This document shows positions 1 through 9,643 of a DNA stretch of 37,894 nucleotides, in pieces. Position numbers and translations under genes: made by a program. A model generated the notes under the pieces. That model saw only the letters and a list, made by a program, of their open reading frames with translations. It made no database searches and had not been told where the DNA came from. This stretch comes from Candidatus Methylomirabilota bacterium. Its GTDB lineage: Bacteria > Methylomirabilota > Methylomirabilia > Rokubacteriales > CSP1-6. Every line of letters starts with the position of its first letter. The first letter of the stretch is position 1. The stretch spans positions 1 through 37,894 of the forward strand of contig JBKPAK010000226.1 of the NCBI GenBank assembly GCA_046726415.1, read 5' to 3'.

Positions 1-23
1 CCCATGTGGAGAATGACAACACC

Positions 24-794
24 ATGGCGACAAGCGTGATGATCGAGCGCGATGACGACGTTTTCGTGGTGACCATCAACCGACCCGAGGTCCGCAATGC
101 GGTCGATGCCGCTACCGCCATGGCCCTGGCGGACGCTTTCCGCGCCTTCGACGCCGATGAGACCTCGGCGGTGGCCGTGCTGGCCGGCGCCGGCAACACG
201 TTCTGCGCGGGCGCCGATCTCAAGGCGATTGCCGCCGGTCAAGGTTCGCGTCTCGCCGAGGAGGGCGATGGGCCCATGGGTCCCACGCGCATGCTGCTCG
301 ACAAGCCCGTCATCGCGGCGGTGGAGGGCCATGCGGTGGCCGGTGGGCTGGAACTGGCCCTCTGGTGCGACCTGCGCGTGGCCGCGCGCGACGCCGTCTT
401 CGGCGTGTTCTGCCGGCGCTGGGGCGTTCCCCTCGTCGATCTCGGTACCATCCGGCTGCCCCGCCTGATCGGTCAGAGCCACGCGCTCGATCTCATCTTG
501 ACCGGGCGCGGAGTGTCCGGCGACGAAGCTCTGCGCATAGGGCTCGCGAACCGCCTCGTGGATCCCGGCCGCGCCCGCGAGGCGGCCGTCCAGCTCGCCC
601 ACGAGCTGGCGCGATTTCCCCAGGGCTGCCTGCGCGCGGATCGCCGCTCCGCGCACCTGCAGTGGTCGCTCGGGTGGGACGAGGCGTTGCGCAACGAGTA
701 TCGGCTCGGCCGCCAGGTGATCGACTCCGGTGAGTCGCGTCGGGGGGCGTCCCGGTTCGCGGAGGGCGAGGGCCGGCACGGGGCCTTGGCCTGA
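24..794 (+). CDS. Enoyl-CoA hydratase/isomerase (crotonase) family protein
   Basis: Motifs INRPEVRNAVD, FCAGADL, KPVIAAVEGHAVAGGLELALWCD; ATG at 24 preceded by GGAGA. Confidence 0.9.
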   Translation: MATSVMIERDDDVFVVTINRPEVRNAVDAATAMALADAFRAFDADETSAVAVLAGAGNTFCAGADLKAIAAGQGSRLAEEGDGPMGPTRMLLDKPVIAAVEGHAVAGGLELALWCDLRVAARDAVFGVFCRRWGVPLVDLGTIRLPRLIGQSHALDLILTGRGVSGDEALRIGLANRLVDPGRAREAAVQLAHELARFPQGCLRADRRSAHLQWSLGWDEALRNEYRLGRQVIDSGESRRGASRFAEGEGRHGALA

Positions 795-909
795 CATTTC
801 CCGCCACGACTCGCCTACGATAGGTCGGGTCGCTCCAACACGAGGCCCCTCCATGTTGTGGTGGGGACCGTGAGGACCGCGCAAACGGCCGGGGGGAGCT
901 CCACCCGCG

Positions 910-918
910 TGCTATCGT
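910..918 (+). promoter_or_regulatory. Candidate extended -10 promoter element for ku
   Basis: TG-C-TATCGT matches TGnTAnnnT, about 55 nt upstream of the ku ATG. Confidence 0.35.
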
Positions 919-972
919 GAGTGTTCTACGTCGACACCTGGCGCGGAGCGCGCGACGACGGAGGACAACGAG

Positions 973-1845
973 ATGCCGCCTCATTCCATCGGATCCGGGA
1001 CGATCTCCTTCGGCCTGGTGTCCATCCCCATCAAGCTCTATGCGGCCACCACCTCCGCGTCCGTCTCGTTCAATCTCCTCCACGGTCGGTGCGGGTCGCG
1101 CATCCGCCAGCAGCAGTTCTGTCCGCAGTGCAACGCCGTGGTCGATCGCTCGGAACTGGTGCGGGCCTATGAATTCGCCAAAGACCAGTACGTTCGGGTG
1201 AGCGAGGAGGAGCTGAAGTCGCTCGAAGGAGAAGCTTCCAAGACCATCGACATCTCGGAGTTCGTGCCCCTGGACAAGGTTGACCCCATCTACTTCGAGC
1301 GGACGTATTACCTCGGCCCCGACAAGGGCGGCGAGAAGCCCTATCGCCTGCTCAGCGATGCCATGACCCACAGTGAGCAGGTCGCGGTTGCCCGCTTCGT
1401 CATGCGCGGCAAGGAGAATCTCGTGCTCATCCGGGCGGCTCAGGGTGGGCTGATGCTTCACACCATGTACTTCGCCGACGAGGTGCGGAGCTTCAGTGAG
1501 ATCGACAAGGGCCAGTCGGCCAAGATCAGGGACAACGAGATCGCCCTGGCCGTTCAGCTCATCGAGGGCCTGGCCAGCGACGACTTCAAGCCCGAGAACT
1601 ATCGCGACGAGTACCGCGACCGCGTGATGCAGATGATCGAGGGCAAGGTGGCGGGCAAGGAAATCACCACCGTCCCCGCCCCCGAGCCCCGGAGCTCGAA
1701 GGTGATCGATCTCGAAGAGGCGCTCCGGCAAAGTCTGGCCAAGCGCGGCACCGCGGAGAAGAAGCCGCTCGCCAGGGCCAAGGCCGCCAGCGCTCCGGGC
1801 CGACCAGAGACCGCTCCCAAGAAGGCGCAGGCCGGCCGCAAGTAG
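973..1845 (+). CDS. ku: Non-homologous end joining protein Ku
   Basis: GTISFGLVSIPIKLY, IDISEFVPLDKVDPIYFERTYYLGP, VIDLEEALRQSL, basic Lys/Ala tail; SD GGAGG at 961-965. Confidence 0.95.
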   Translation: MPPHSIGSGTISFGLVSIPIKLYAATTSASVSFNLLHGRCGSRIRQQQFCPQCNAVVDRSELVRAYEFAKDQYVRVSEEELKSLEGEASKTIDISEFVPLDKVDPIYFERTYYLGPDKGGEKPYRLLSDAMTHSEQVAVARFVMRGKENLVLIRAAQGGLMLHTMYFADEVRSFSEIDKGQSAKIRDNEIALAVQLIEGLASDDFKPENYRDEYRDRVMQMIEGKVAGKEITTVPAPEPRSSKVIDLEEALRQSLAKRGTAEKKPLARAKAASAPGRPETAPKKAQAGRK

Positions 1846-1883
1846 CGGCCGACCTCGCGTCTCGCCGATCGCCTCCCGACGCC

Positions 1884-3119
1884 GTGAGCCCTCGGCCCCT
1901 GTCCGCACGCCCGTCCGCCATCGCGCTCTTGTGCGTCATGTCCGGCGCCGGCACCTTCTCCATCGGCGCCTTCGCGCCACTCTTGCCCGAGATCGGCCGC
2001 ACGCTTCGGCTGTCGGACCTCGAGCTGGGCGTCCTGGCCGGCACGTTTGGCTTTGCCCGGATGGCCGCCGACCTTCCCGTCGGCCTTCTTCTGAGATCTC
2101 ACCTCCGGGCCGCGCTGATCCTCGCTCCCGTCACCTTGGTCGTGGGCATCCTGTGCCTGACCGGTGGGAGCTCGTTCGCCGTCCTGCTGGTAGGCCGTGC
2201 GCTGATGGGAATCGGCCACGCACTGGGCATGGTGGCCAGTCTCACCGCCGTGCTGCGAGTTCATCACGGAGGGCGGCTGGGCGCCGCTCTCAACAGCATC
2301 GAGTTCACCGGAATGCTCGGGCTCCTCGGAGGCGTGACGGTGGTCGGGTTGCTGCCCCGCTTCATCGCGTGGAACGACGCCTTCCTGCTCGCCTGCTCCC
2401 CGCTCCTGCTCGCGATCGCCGTGCTGCCGTGGTTGCTGGCTTCACTCCGTGAGGCCCCTCCCGGCTCGGCACCGAGAGGCGCCGTTGCGCCGACATCCTC
2501 ACCCGCCCCGATGCACTCCTGGGTCGTTCCGCTGGCCTTCGCGACCGGAGCCGTGATGTCGTGTGCCTACTCCACGGTCGAGCAGTTCCTCATTCCGCTG
2601 CGGGGAAGCCGGCACTTCGGGCTGAACCGCGGGGGCATCGCGCTGTTGCTGCAGATCAGCCAGATCTTCGACATCATCGCCCTGATACCCGTCGGTATGC
2701 TGTCCGACCGGCGCGGCGCCGCGCGGGTCCTCGCCGCGGTCGCCATCACCATGGCCGGGGCTACGGCACTCATCGCCTTCGCCAACCTGCCGCTCGTCGC
2801 GCTGGGCAGCGCTCTCATGGGTCTGGCCATGGCTGGCTGGATGCTTCCGCTGAGCGTGCTGCGCGCGGGGACTGCGCCTGAGCACGTGGCCGTGCGGACG
2901 GCTCTCTATCGCGTGGGCGTCGACGGCGGGATCTTCATCGGCCCCTTCCTGAGCGGCCTCGTGGGAGCGAGTCGCCCGGGGCTCGTGCCAGGGCTGCTGG
3001 CCGGACTCCTGCTCGTGATCGGCGTGATGATGGCGGGGGCCGGAACTGACGAAAAGCCGCCGGCTGCTCACAAAGGCCCGGATGCGAGGCGGCGCCCGAC
3101 CGCCGTCCGCGAGGCGTAG
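1884..3119 (+). CDS. MFS transporter
   Basis: About 12 hydrophobic segments; MFS-like loop GMLSDRRG; LLVGRALMGIG. Confidence 0.85.
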   Translation: MSPRPLSARPSAIALLCVMSGAGTFSIGAFAPLLPEIGRTLRLSDLELGVLAGTFGFARMAADLPVGLLLRSHLRAALILAPVTLVVGILCLTGGSSFAVLLVGRALMGIGHALGMVASLTAVLRVHHGGRLGAALNSIEFTGMLGLLGGVTVVGLLPRFIAWNDAFLLACSPLLLAIAVLPWLLASLREAPPGSAPRGAVAPTSSPAPMHSWVVPLAFATGAVMSCAYSTVEQFLIPLRGSRHFGLNRGGIALLLQISQIFDIIALIPVGMLSDRRGAARVLAAVAITMAGATALIAFANLPLVALGSALMGLAMAGWMLPLSVLRAGTAPEHVAVRTALYRVGVDGGIFIGPFLSGLVGASRPGLVPGLLAGLLLVIGVMMAGAGTDEKPPAAHKGPDARRRPTAVREA

Positions 3120-3184
3120 CCTCTCTGCGTCGAGCGTGCGGCCGAGGGCGCCGACGAAGCAGCAGGGCCTCTGTCCGCAGCCTT

Positions 3185-3994
3185 CTACTGGACCTCGACT
3201 GTGCCCTTCATGTTGGGATGGAGGCCACAGATGTAGTTGTAGACGCCCGTGGTGGGAAAGGCCTGTGTGTGCGTCTGTCCCTTCATGAGCAGCGGCGAGC
3301 GAGCGCCACCGGGGCCGGCTAGGGTGATTTGGTGGGGCGAGTCGTCCGTGTTGAGCCACGTCACCGGCTTGCCCGGCGCCACCGTCAGCTTGTTGGGACC
3401 GAAGACGAACCCTGTGATGGTCACGTCTGGCTTGGCGTCGGGCGGTGCGCTCGCCACCGGCATCGGCTGCCCGGCGGACGCGATCTGCGGATAGGAGATC
3501 ACGAAGTCCCGAGCTTCGTGCGGTTTATGGCACTCGAAGCATCCCTTGTAGTTTGCCTTCTCATTGTGCTTGCCATCGACGGAGAAGGCCGCGTACTCCC
3601 ACTCCCCGTTCCGCAGCTCCGGTGGATACTCGGCCCCCCAGCCCGCCCGCTTCTCCATCACGGCATACCCGATCAGATCGCCTTTGAGGAAGCGACCCTT
3701 GTCGTTCTTCAACAGATTGCCCTGGGCGTCGACCTGGGCCTTGTACTGAACGAGGCCGAGCACCGTACCGGCCGCCAGCGGTTTCCCGGCGCGGGCGGCG
3801 TCCAGCGCCTCCTTGGGGGCGAACAACTCCCGGTACTGCTTGACATCGTAGCGATCGGCGATCGTGTAGAGCACGAGGTTTTGCTGGAAGCCCGCCGGGA
3901 ACGCGATCTTGTCTGGACCCGCGTCGCTCCGGCCGACGCCCAGGGCCAGACCACCGATGACCAGAGCCGTCAGCACAGATGCTGTTCGCCGCAT
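3185..3994 (-). CDS. Secreted cytochrome P460/c'-beta family domain fused to a C-terminal cupredoxin (amicyanin/plastocyanin-like)
   Basis: Signal peptide; VMEKRAGWG...GEWEYA and CFECH heme motif; C-terminal NTDDSPH...YICGLHPNM type-1 Cu ligands; SD GGAGGTG upstream of ATG 3994. Confidence 0.85.
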   Translation of the reverse strand: MRRTASVLTALVIGGLALGVGRSDAGPDKIAFPAGFQQNLVLYTIADRYDVKQYRELFAPKEALDAARAGKPLAAGTVLGLVQYKAQVDAQGNLLKNDKGRFLKGDLIGYAVMEKRAGWGAEYPPELRNGEWEYAAFSVDGKHNEKANYKGCFECHKPHEARDFVISYPQIASAGQPMPVASAPPDAKPDVTITGFVFGPNKLTVAPGKPVTWLNTDDSPHQITLAGPGGARSPLLMKGQTHTQAFPTTGVYNYICGLHPNMKGTVEVQ

Positions 3995-4112
3995 AGACAC
4001 CTCCCAGTGGCTAGTACGATGGATGCGGCGCGCGCGGATTGTCGCACGAGATGGCGTATAGTGAGCGACGCGGCGCGATCCCGGGAGGTGATCGGACATC
4101 GACCGAATCGTC

Positions 4113-5153
4113 GTGGTCCTCCTCCTGGGGTTCCTCACCTATTTCGTCTACGTGGTCTTCAAACCGTTCCTGGTACCGCTGACCTGGGCGGTGGTGCTCG
4201 TGGTCTTCTTTCGCCGCCTGCACGCACTGATCCAGAAGCGGATCGCCCGCCCGAACCTCGCCGCGCTGACCACCACCGTCATCCTGGCGTTCATCCTGAT
4301 CGTGCCCACGATCTTCGCGTTTTCGCTCCTCACCAACCAGGCCCTCGGCGTCACCCAGCGGCTGGTGGAGGAGTGGAAGCACGGCCAGGGCTGGCGGTCG
4401 CTGTTCGGCTGGCTGGAAGGGCTGCCGCTTCAGTATCTGCCCATCGAGGTGAAACTCGAGGATCTCCGCGAATTTGCCGCTCAGAATCTGCGCGAGTGGG
4501 GCCTCGGCATCGCCGAGCGCGCGGGCAAGGTGGCCCAGAACATCCTAGGGGTGACCGTCAACGTGCTGATCACGTTGCTCGCCTCGTTCTACCTGTTCCG
4601 CGACGGCCCCGCCCTGATGCGCTTCGTGCGCGCCGTCGCCCCTCTCGATCCCGACTACCGCGAGCGCCTGCTTTCGATCACGGAGAACGTCCTCTTCGCC
4701 AGCGTCCTCAGCAGCTTCGCGGTGGCGGCCGTGCAGGGGACCCTGGGCGGAATCGCCTTCTGGATCGTGGGGATTCCGGGGCCGGCTCTCTGGGGCATGG
4801 TCATGATGCTGGCGTCCTTCATCCCCTTCGTGGGAGCCGCCATCATCTGGGCTCCGGCCGCCCTCTTCTTCCTCTTCAGCGGCGACTATCTGAACGCGGT
4901 GATCCTCACCGTCGTGGGGATCTTCGTGGTGGGCACCGTGGACAACATCCTCAGGCCGATCCTCATCAGCGGCCGGGTCGAACTGAACGGACTGCTCGTG
5001 CTCATCAGCGTGGTGGGCGGCATCAGTGCCTTCGGGCTACTGGGCATCGTGCTGGGACCGGTGCTCATCGCCGTGGCCGCGGCCGTGCTCGAGGCGGAGC
5101 GCGAGCGGAGGTCGGCGCCGCCAGCGCCACCCGGTCGGCCCGAGTCCGCATAG
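4113..5153 (+). CDS. AI-2E family transporter (start uncertain, possibly 4098)
   Basis: PFLVPLTWA, FYLFRDG, SFIPFVGAAIIW, DNILRP, FGLLGIVLGP motifs. Confidence 0.9.
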   Translation: MVLLLGFLTYFVYVVFKPFLVPLTWAVVLVVFFRRLHALIQKRIARPNLAALTTTVILAFILIVPTIFAFSLLTNQALGVTQRLVEEWKHGQGWRSLFGWLEGLPLQYLPIEVKLEDLREFAAQNLREWGLGIAERAGKVAQNILGVTVNVLITLLASFYLFRDGPALMRFVRAVAPLDPDYRERLLSITENVLFASVLSSFAVAAVQGTLGGIAFWIVGIPGPALWGMVMMLASFIPFVGAAIIWAPAALFFLFSGDYLNAVILTVVGIFVVGTVDNILRPILISGRVELNGLLVLISVVGGISAFGLLGIVLGPVLIAVAAAVLEAERERRSAPPAPPGRPESA

Positions 5154-6292
5154 CCCACCAGCTCGACGTAGCCCTGCCCTTCGACAGCCCGGGGGCCCGC
5201 CTTCCCCTGGACGCGCACGGCGCCCTCCCAGTAGCGCACAGGCTCGGCGATTTCCTGGTCGGCGACCAGCGGTATCACCTCGAGCGCCAACGCCTCCCGG
5301 GGAATGCGAAGCCGCCAGCCCGCTGGGTACCGCGTGCCGCCGCGAGGGCTCGTCCACCAGGCGATCGGTTCCACGATCACCTCGGCCGCATAGAGTTGAC
5401 GGGCCCCTCCATCGGCGCCGACGATCGTGCCGGCGCTGAACGGATCGATGGACCCGTCGCGCCGTCGCAATCGGTAGATCATCAGGTCGCGCCCGTCGGA
5501 GAGTTGAAGCGCGAACCAGTCCCAGCCCACTTGATCCGGTCCCAGCGCGCTCGTCGACCACTCGCGGTCCATCCACGCGCTGCCGGTGACCGTGAAGCGC
5601 TCGGCGCCAACGCCAATCGTGCCGCGAATGGGCATTCGCGTGAAGGAGTAGTAGTAGGAGGCGTTGCCCTCCTCGGAGCTCTTGCGGCTGAGCCCGCGCT
5701 CGCCATGCAAGACGACGGGCTTTCCCTCGACGAGGAGCATGTCGAGGTCGACCTTCCCGGCTGCCGCGCGCAGGCGCATGGGAAAGGCAGCGGCGCCCTC
5801 TCCCTCCACCGACCAGTCGTCTGTCCAGACGCGGAACGGCTGCGCCGTGGCTCCCGCCAGGCCCAGCGCGCCACGGGCAAAGCGCACGGCCGGGTGGAAC
5901 CGCCCCTGGGCAACATCGGTCACCGCAAAGTGCGCCATGTACACGTCGGACGCGCCCCAGGCCGACGCGCGGGGCGGAGCCTCTGCGGCCTGGGCAAGCC
6001 GAAAGAACGTGAGCTGGAAGCCGAAGCGGCGCCCGGCCGCGGTCGCCGCGTTGCCCGTGTAATACCACCACTCCGTGCGGTAGCCGGGATGTGGACCGTG
6101 ATCGTCGGGAAAGGCGAAGCTGCGGGGCTCGATGGCTCGCGCATAGCCCTCGGACGTTCCCCGCAGGGCCTCGACCACGGAGATGCTGGCTTCCAGTTTC
6201 TGCCCCGCATTCCGTCGCATGAGAGCGAGTCCGACCGCCACGAGAAGACCTGCGCAGACGAGGACAACGGCGAGCCACTTCAGTCGATGCAT
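4886..6292 (-). CDS. AttH-like lipocalin-domain / carotenoid 1,2-hydratase (CrtC)-like protein
   Basis: FPDDHGPHPGYRTEWWYYTGN, ASYYYSFTR, WMDREWS, GWDWFALQL, YWEG, GYVELVGY; N-terminal membrane anchor; 3' end overlaps the AI-2E gene. Confidence 0.85.
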   Translation of the reverse strand: MHRLKWLAVVLVCAGLLVAVGLALMRRNAGQKLEASISVVEALRGTSEGYARAIEPRSFAFPDDHGPHPGYRTEWWYYTGNAATAAGRRFGFQLTFFRLAQAAEAPPRASAWGASDVYMAHFAVTDVAQGRFHPAVRFARGALGLAGATAQPFRVWTDDWSVEGEGAAAFPMRLRAAAGKVDLDMLLVEGKPVVLHGERGLSRKSSEEGNASYYYSFTRMPIRGTIGVGAERFTVTGSAWMDREWSTSALGPDQVGWDWFALQLSDGRDLMIYRLRRRDGSIDPFSAGTIVGADGGARQLYAAEVIVEPIAWWTSPRGGTRYPAGWRLRIPREALALEVIPLVADQEIAEPVRYWEGAVRVQGKAGPRAVEGQGYVELVGYADSGRPGGAGGADLRSRSASSTAAATAMSTGPSTMPSSPKALMPPTTLMSTSSPFSSTRPLMRIGLRMLSTVPTTKIPTTVRITAFR

Positions 6293-6341
6293 GATCGGCA
6301 ACCTGGCGGAGTGGGCTCGAGGACTGCGCCTCGCCGCGCCG

Positions 6342-8894
6342 TCATTCGTCGCGCAGGGCGGCCGGGAGGGACTGGTGCGCGACTCGCCGCGCGGGCGCCA
6401 GGCTCGCCAGCAGGGCCGCGCCTACCGCCAGGCCGAGTGCCTGCGCCAGCACCCCCGGAGCGACGTCCAGTTGGAGCGTCCAGCCGAAAGACCGTTGGTT
6501 GATGACGTGCACGAGAACGATGGAGAGGAGGATACCCACGGGAAGCGCGAGCACCCCCGCCACCAGCCCCATGAGAGCGCTTTGCCCGACGACGAGTCCC
6601 CCCACCTGGCCAGGGGTGAACCCCAGGGCGCGAAGCATTGCCAGCTCGCGCGCCCGCTCGAAGCCGAGCGCCATCAGGGCACTGAGCACACCGACGAACG
6701 CCACGACGGTGGCCAGCAGTCGCAGCACGATGGTCACCGCGAAGGTGCGATCGAACACGTGGAGAGAGGCCTCCCGCAGCGCCCGGTTGGAGCGGATCAG
6801 CACGTCCTGATTCGCGCCCGCCGCCCGCCGCAGCGCGTCGACGAGCGCGTCCACTTCGGTGCCGGGCGCCGCCGCGATACCCAGGGCGGAAATGGCCCGA
6901 TCGTCCCAGAGCGGCTCGAACGTCCTCCGGCTCATCATCACCACACCCTCGGGCGAGCCATAGTCGCGAAAGATGCCCACGATCGGGAAGTCGCGCTCTC
7001 CGCGATCAGTGCGCAAGCGGAGGCGCGAGCCGAGGCCCACGTTCCGGTGAAAGGCGAACGGCTCGGAGACGATCACCCCGCCCGCCTCGAAGCGCGGTCC
7101 GATCGTCGCCGCATCTCCGCGTATGAAGGCAAAGCTCCCGAGCGAGTGCGCTGCGATGTCGACGACGACCAGTGGCACGCTGCCCAGCGGCGACTCCACG
7201 CGCAGGGTGCGATTGGTGTTCACGCGAGCCGACCCTGGAACGGAGACGAGCCGCTCGACGAGCGCGGGATCGAGGGTCGAGTCCGGCCGGTTGCTGACGA
7301 GGCTTGGCGGCGAAACGTAGACATCGGACTGGAGCGTGGAATTCAGCCAGCGCATCACGGTCTGCCGGAAGCTTCCGATCATGATGCCGACGCCGACGGT
7401 GGTGGCGACGGCGATCATCAGGGCGGCGAGGGCCACGGATGTGCGGCTGAGCGCCGTCACCACCGAGCCGGCAGCCATCCGACCAGGGAGTCCGAACAGC
7501 CGGCCCATCGGGCCGCGGATGAGCCCCATGAACGCGATGGTGGCGATCGGTGTGAGAAGGGCGGTCCCGAGGAGCACGGCGAACAGGCCGGCGTAGGCGA
7601 CGCTCACCGGCGCGCGTGACCACAAGAGCAGGAGCGCGCCGGCGGCGAGCAATCCCACCCCGGCTCTGGCCAGTCGCGGCGCCGCGCGGCGCGCCCGGGT
7701 CTCGAGCACCGAGCGCCGGATCACGGCGCCAGGCGCGGTGACCGTGGCCTCGAGGGCAGGGGCCACCGCCGCGAGCAACGACCCACCCAGCCCCAGCGCG
7801 GCCGCCTTGGCCAGCGCGAGCGACGAGATCGCCAGATCACCGACGGCCAGCGTGACGTAGAGATCGTTGAGGGTTCGCTCGACCAGCTGAAGCATCCCCC
7901 GGGCGAGGAGGACGCCGAAGGGAAGTCCCAGAAGTGTCGCCGCGCCGCCCAACAGCGCGGCCTCCACCAGGACGAGCGCGAAGACTTCGCCGCGCGTGAC
8001 CCCGAGCGCGCGAAGCGTCCCCAGCAGCTCGCGGCGCTGGACGACCGAGAAGGTCACGGTGTTGTAGATGAGGAACAAGCCGACGACCAGCGCGAGCAAG
8101 CTCAGCGCCGTCAAGTTGATGGTGAACGCGCGCGTCATCTCTCCCACGGCCGAGGCGCGCGCGCCCGATCGCACCACCTGCGTACCGGCTGGCAGCAGAG
8201 AGGCCAGGCGCGCGAGCACGGCCTCTCCGGGCGGTCCGTTCGGAACGATGAGATCGATGCGGCTGAGCCGGCCCGTCTCTCCCAGCACTTCCTGCGCGGT
8301 GGCGATGTCCGTGACCAGCGTCGCCTCCAGGGCGCGCGCGCTCAACGCGTCGCGCGGCACCAGCTCACCGACGAGCGTCAGGTGGAGGCGAGCGGTACCC
8401 ACCCTGATGGCGAGGCGGTCGCCGCTCCGGAGGCCCAGACGTCGGGCGGTGTCACGGGTCACCAGGGCCGCGCCGGGACGAACGAGGAGTGCGGAGACGT
8501 CGGCGAGCGCCGGCTCCCCGCCACCTCCCACCAACGACCGGAAGGGAGCTTCGGCGAAGGGATCGATGCCCAGAAGGTGAAAGGTGGTGCCTGGGAAATC
8601 AGGCGCCGCCACCGCGCGCTCGACCACCGGCGCCGACGGGCGGATCCTCGCCTCGACGCGCAGCGTTCGGTAGAGGGCCTCGGGCACGCCGGAGGGGCCG
8701 CCGACGACCTGATGCGTGGCGCGCCCGCCAATGCTCTCCGCGAAGAGGGCAAACGAGCGCCGCGCGCTCTCGTTGGCGAGATCGACCGAGAGGGCTACCG
8801 CCACGCCGAGCGCGATGCCGACTACCGCCAGGCCGATCTGCCAGGGATGGCGCGCGAGGTGTCGCAGACTCGCTCGCCACAGCACGGCCCTCAT
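6342..8894 (-). CDS. ABC transporter permease, double FtsX/MacB-type (AttF/AttG-like)
   Basis: Two FtsX-like halves: SVVQRRELLGTLRALG and ERARELAMLRALG; INQRSFGWTL. Confidence 0.9.
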   Translation of the reverse strand: MRAVLWRASLRHLARHPWQIGLAVVGIALGVAVALSVDLANESARRSFALFAESIGGRATHQVVGGPSGVPEALYRTLRVEARIRPSAPVVERAVAAPDFPGTTFHLLGIDPFAEAPFRSLVGGGGEPALADVSALLVRPGAALVTRDTARRLGLRSGDRLAIRVGTARLHLTLVGELVPRDALSARALEATLVTDIATAQEVLGETGRLSRIDLIVPNGPPGEAVLARLASLLPAGTQVVRSGARASAVGEMTRAFTINLTALSLLALVVGLFLIYNTVTFSVVQRRELLGTLRALGVTRGEVFALVLVEAALLGGAATLLGLPFGVLLARGMLQLVERTLNDLYVTLAVGDLAISSLALAKAAALGLGGSLLAAVAPALEATVTAPGAVIRRSVLETRARRAAPRLARAGVGLLAAGALLLLWSRAPVSVAYAGLFAVLLGTALLTPIATIAFMGLIRGPMGRLFGLPGRMAAGSVVTALSRTSVALAALMIAVATTVGVGIMIGSFRQTVMRWLNSTLQSDVYVSPPSLVSNRPDSTLDPALVERLVSVPGSARVNTNRTLRVESPLGSVPLVVVDIAAHSLGSFAFIRGDAATIGPRFEAGGVIVSEPFAFHRNVGLGSRLRLRTDRGERDFPIVGIFRDYGSPEGVVMMSRRTFEPLWDDRAISALGIAAAPGTEVDALVDALRRAAGANQDVLIRSNRALREASLHVFDRTFAVTIVLRLLATVVAFVGVLSALMALGFERARELAMLRALGFTPGQVGGLVVGQSALMGLVAGVLALPVGILLSIVLVHVINQRSFGWTLQLDVAPGVLAQALGLAVGAALLASLAPARRVAHQSLPAALRDE

Positions 8895-9628
8895 CCGATC
8901 ACGCCGCCGTCCTTGAGCGTCAGCACGCGATCGGCCAGGCGCGCCACGTCGGTGCTATGGGTCACCACGATCACCGTCGTTCCCCGCGCGCGGCTCAGGC
9001 TGCTGAGCAGCGACAGCACGCGCTCCGCCGACTCCGTGTCCAGGTTGCCGGTGGGCTCGTCGGCCAGGACGAGCCGAGGATCGTGAGCCAGAGCCCTCGC
9101 CACAGCCACCCGCTGCTGCTCACCGCCGGAGAGGCGGTCGGGAAAGCTGGAGGCCCGGTCCGTCAGCGCGACCTGCCCGAGCAGTTCCTGGACCCGGGCT
9201 CTTGCCACCATGGCGTCGCGACCGAGCAGCGCCAGCGGCAACTGCAGATTCTCGGCCACGGTGAGGGTGGGCACGAGGTTGAAGAACTGGAAGATGAAGC
9301 CGATGTGACGCCGCCGGAAGAGGGTCCGCTCGCGCTCGCCGAGTCGCGTGATGGCCGTTCCCTCGATCAGCACCTCGCCGGCGGTGGGAGCGTCGATGCC
9401 GCTGACGAGGTTGAGCAAGGTGGACTTACCCGAGCCGCTTCGCCCGACGAGCACCGCAAACTCCCCGCGCCCGATGACCAGGTCCACGCCGCGCAGGACG
9501 ATGCGCTCGCCCTCGCCCTCGCGGTAGGTTCGCGAGACACCGCGCAGCTCCACGGCGTGCGCTGGGCCCTCGCGGTCAGGGCCCTCGGGGAGACCGGCAG
9601 GCGGGAGATCGGCAGCTCGACGGGCCAC
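8891..9628 (-). CDS. ABC transporter ATP-binding protein (LolD/AttE-like)
   Basis: Walker A GRSGSGKS, LSGGEQQR, ADEPTGNLD; 4-nt overlap with permease start. Confidence 0.95.
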   Translation of the reverse strand: MARRAADLPPAGLPEGPDREGPAHAVELRGVSRTYREGEGERIVLRGVDLVIGRGEFAVLVGRSGSGKSTLLNLVSGIDAPTAGEVLIEGTAITRLGERERTLFRRRHIGFIFQFFNLVPTLTVAENLQLPLALLGRDAMVARARVQELLGQVALTDRASSFPDRLSGGEQQRVAVARALAHDPRLVLADEPTGNLDTESAERVLSLLSSLSRARGTTVIVVTHSTDVARLADRVLTLKDGGVIG

Positions 9629-9643
9629 CAGCCAGAGAATACA

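Noticed and set aside
795-972. Structured intergenic region upstream of ku with a GTGA tetraloop and GCAAA, loosely like a c-di-GMP-I riboswitch
   Set aside because: I could not build the required P1/P2 architecture, and it lies upstream of the likely -10 box; an Rfam/Infernal scan would settle it
4089-4091. In-frame TGA just upstream of the AI-2E ORF as a third Sec codon
   Set aside because: It is part of the SD sequence, has no Cys-motif context, and there is no upstream in-frame start (another TGA at 4062)
3329-6502. 1057-aa + strand ORF, and similar long ORFs such as 493..1908, 17489..19258 and 27271..28860
   Set aside because: Arg/Gly/Pro-rich shadow frames overlapping well-supported genes; expected in high-GC DNA; no recognisable motifs
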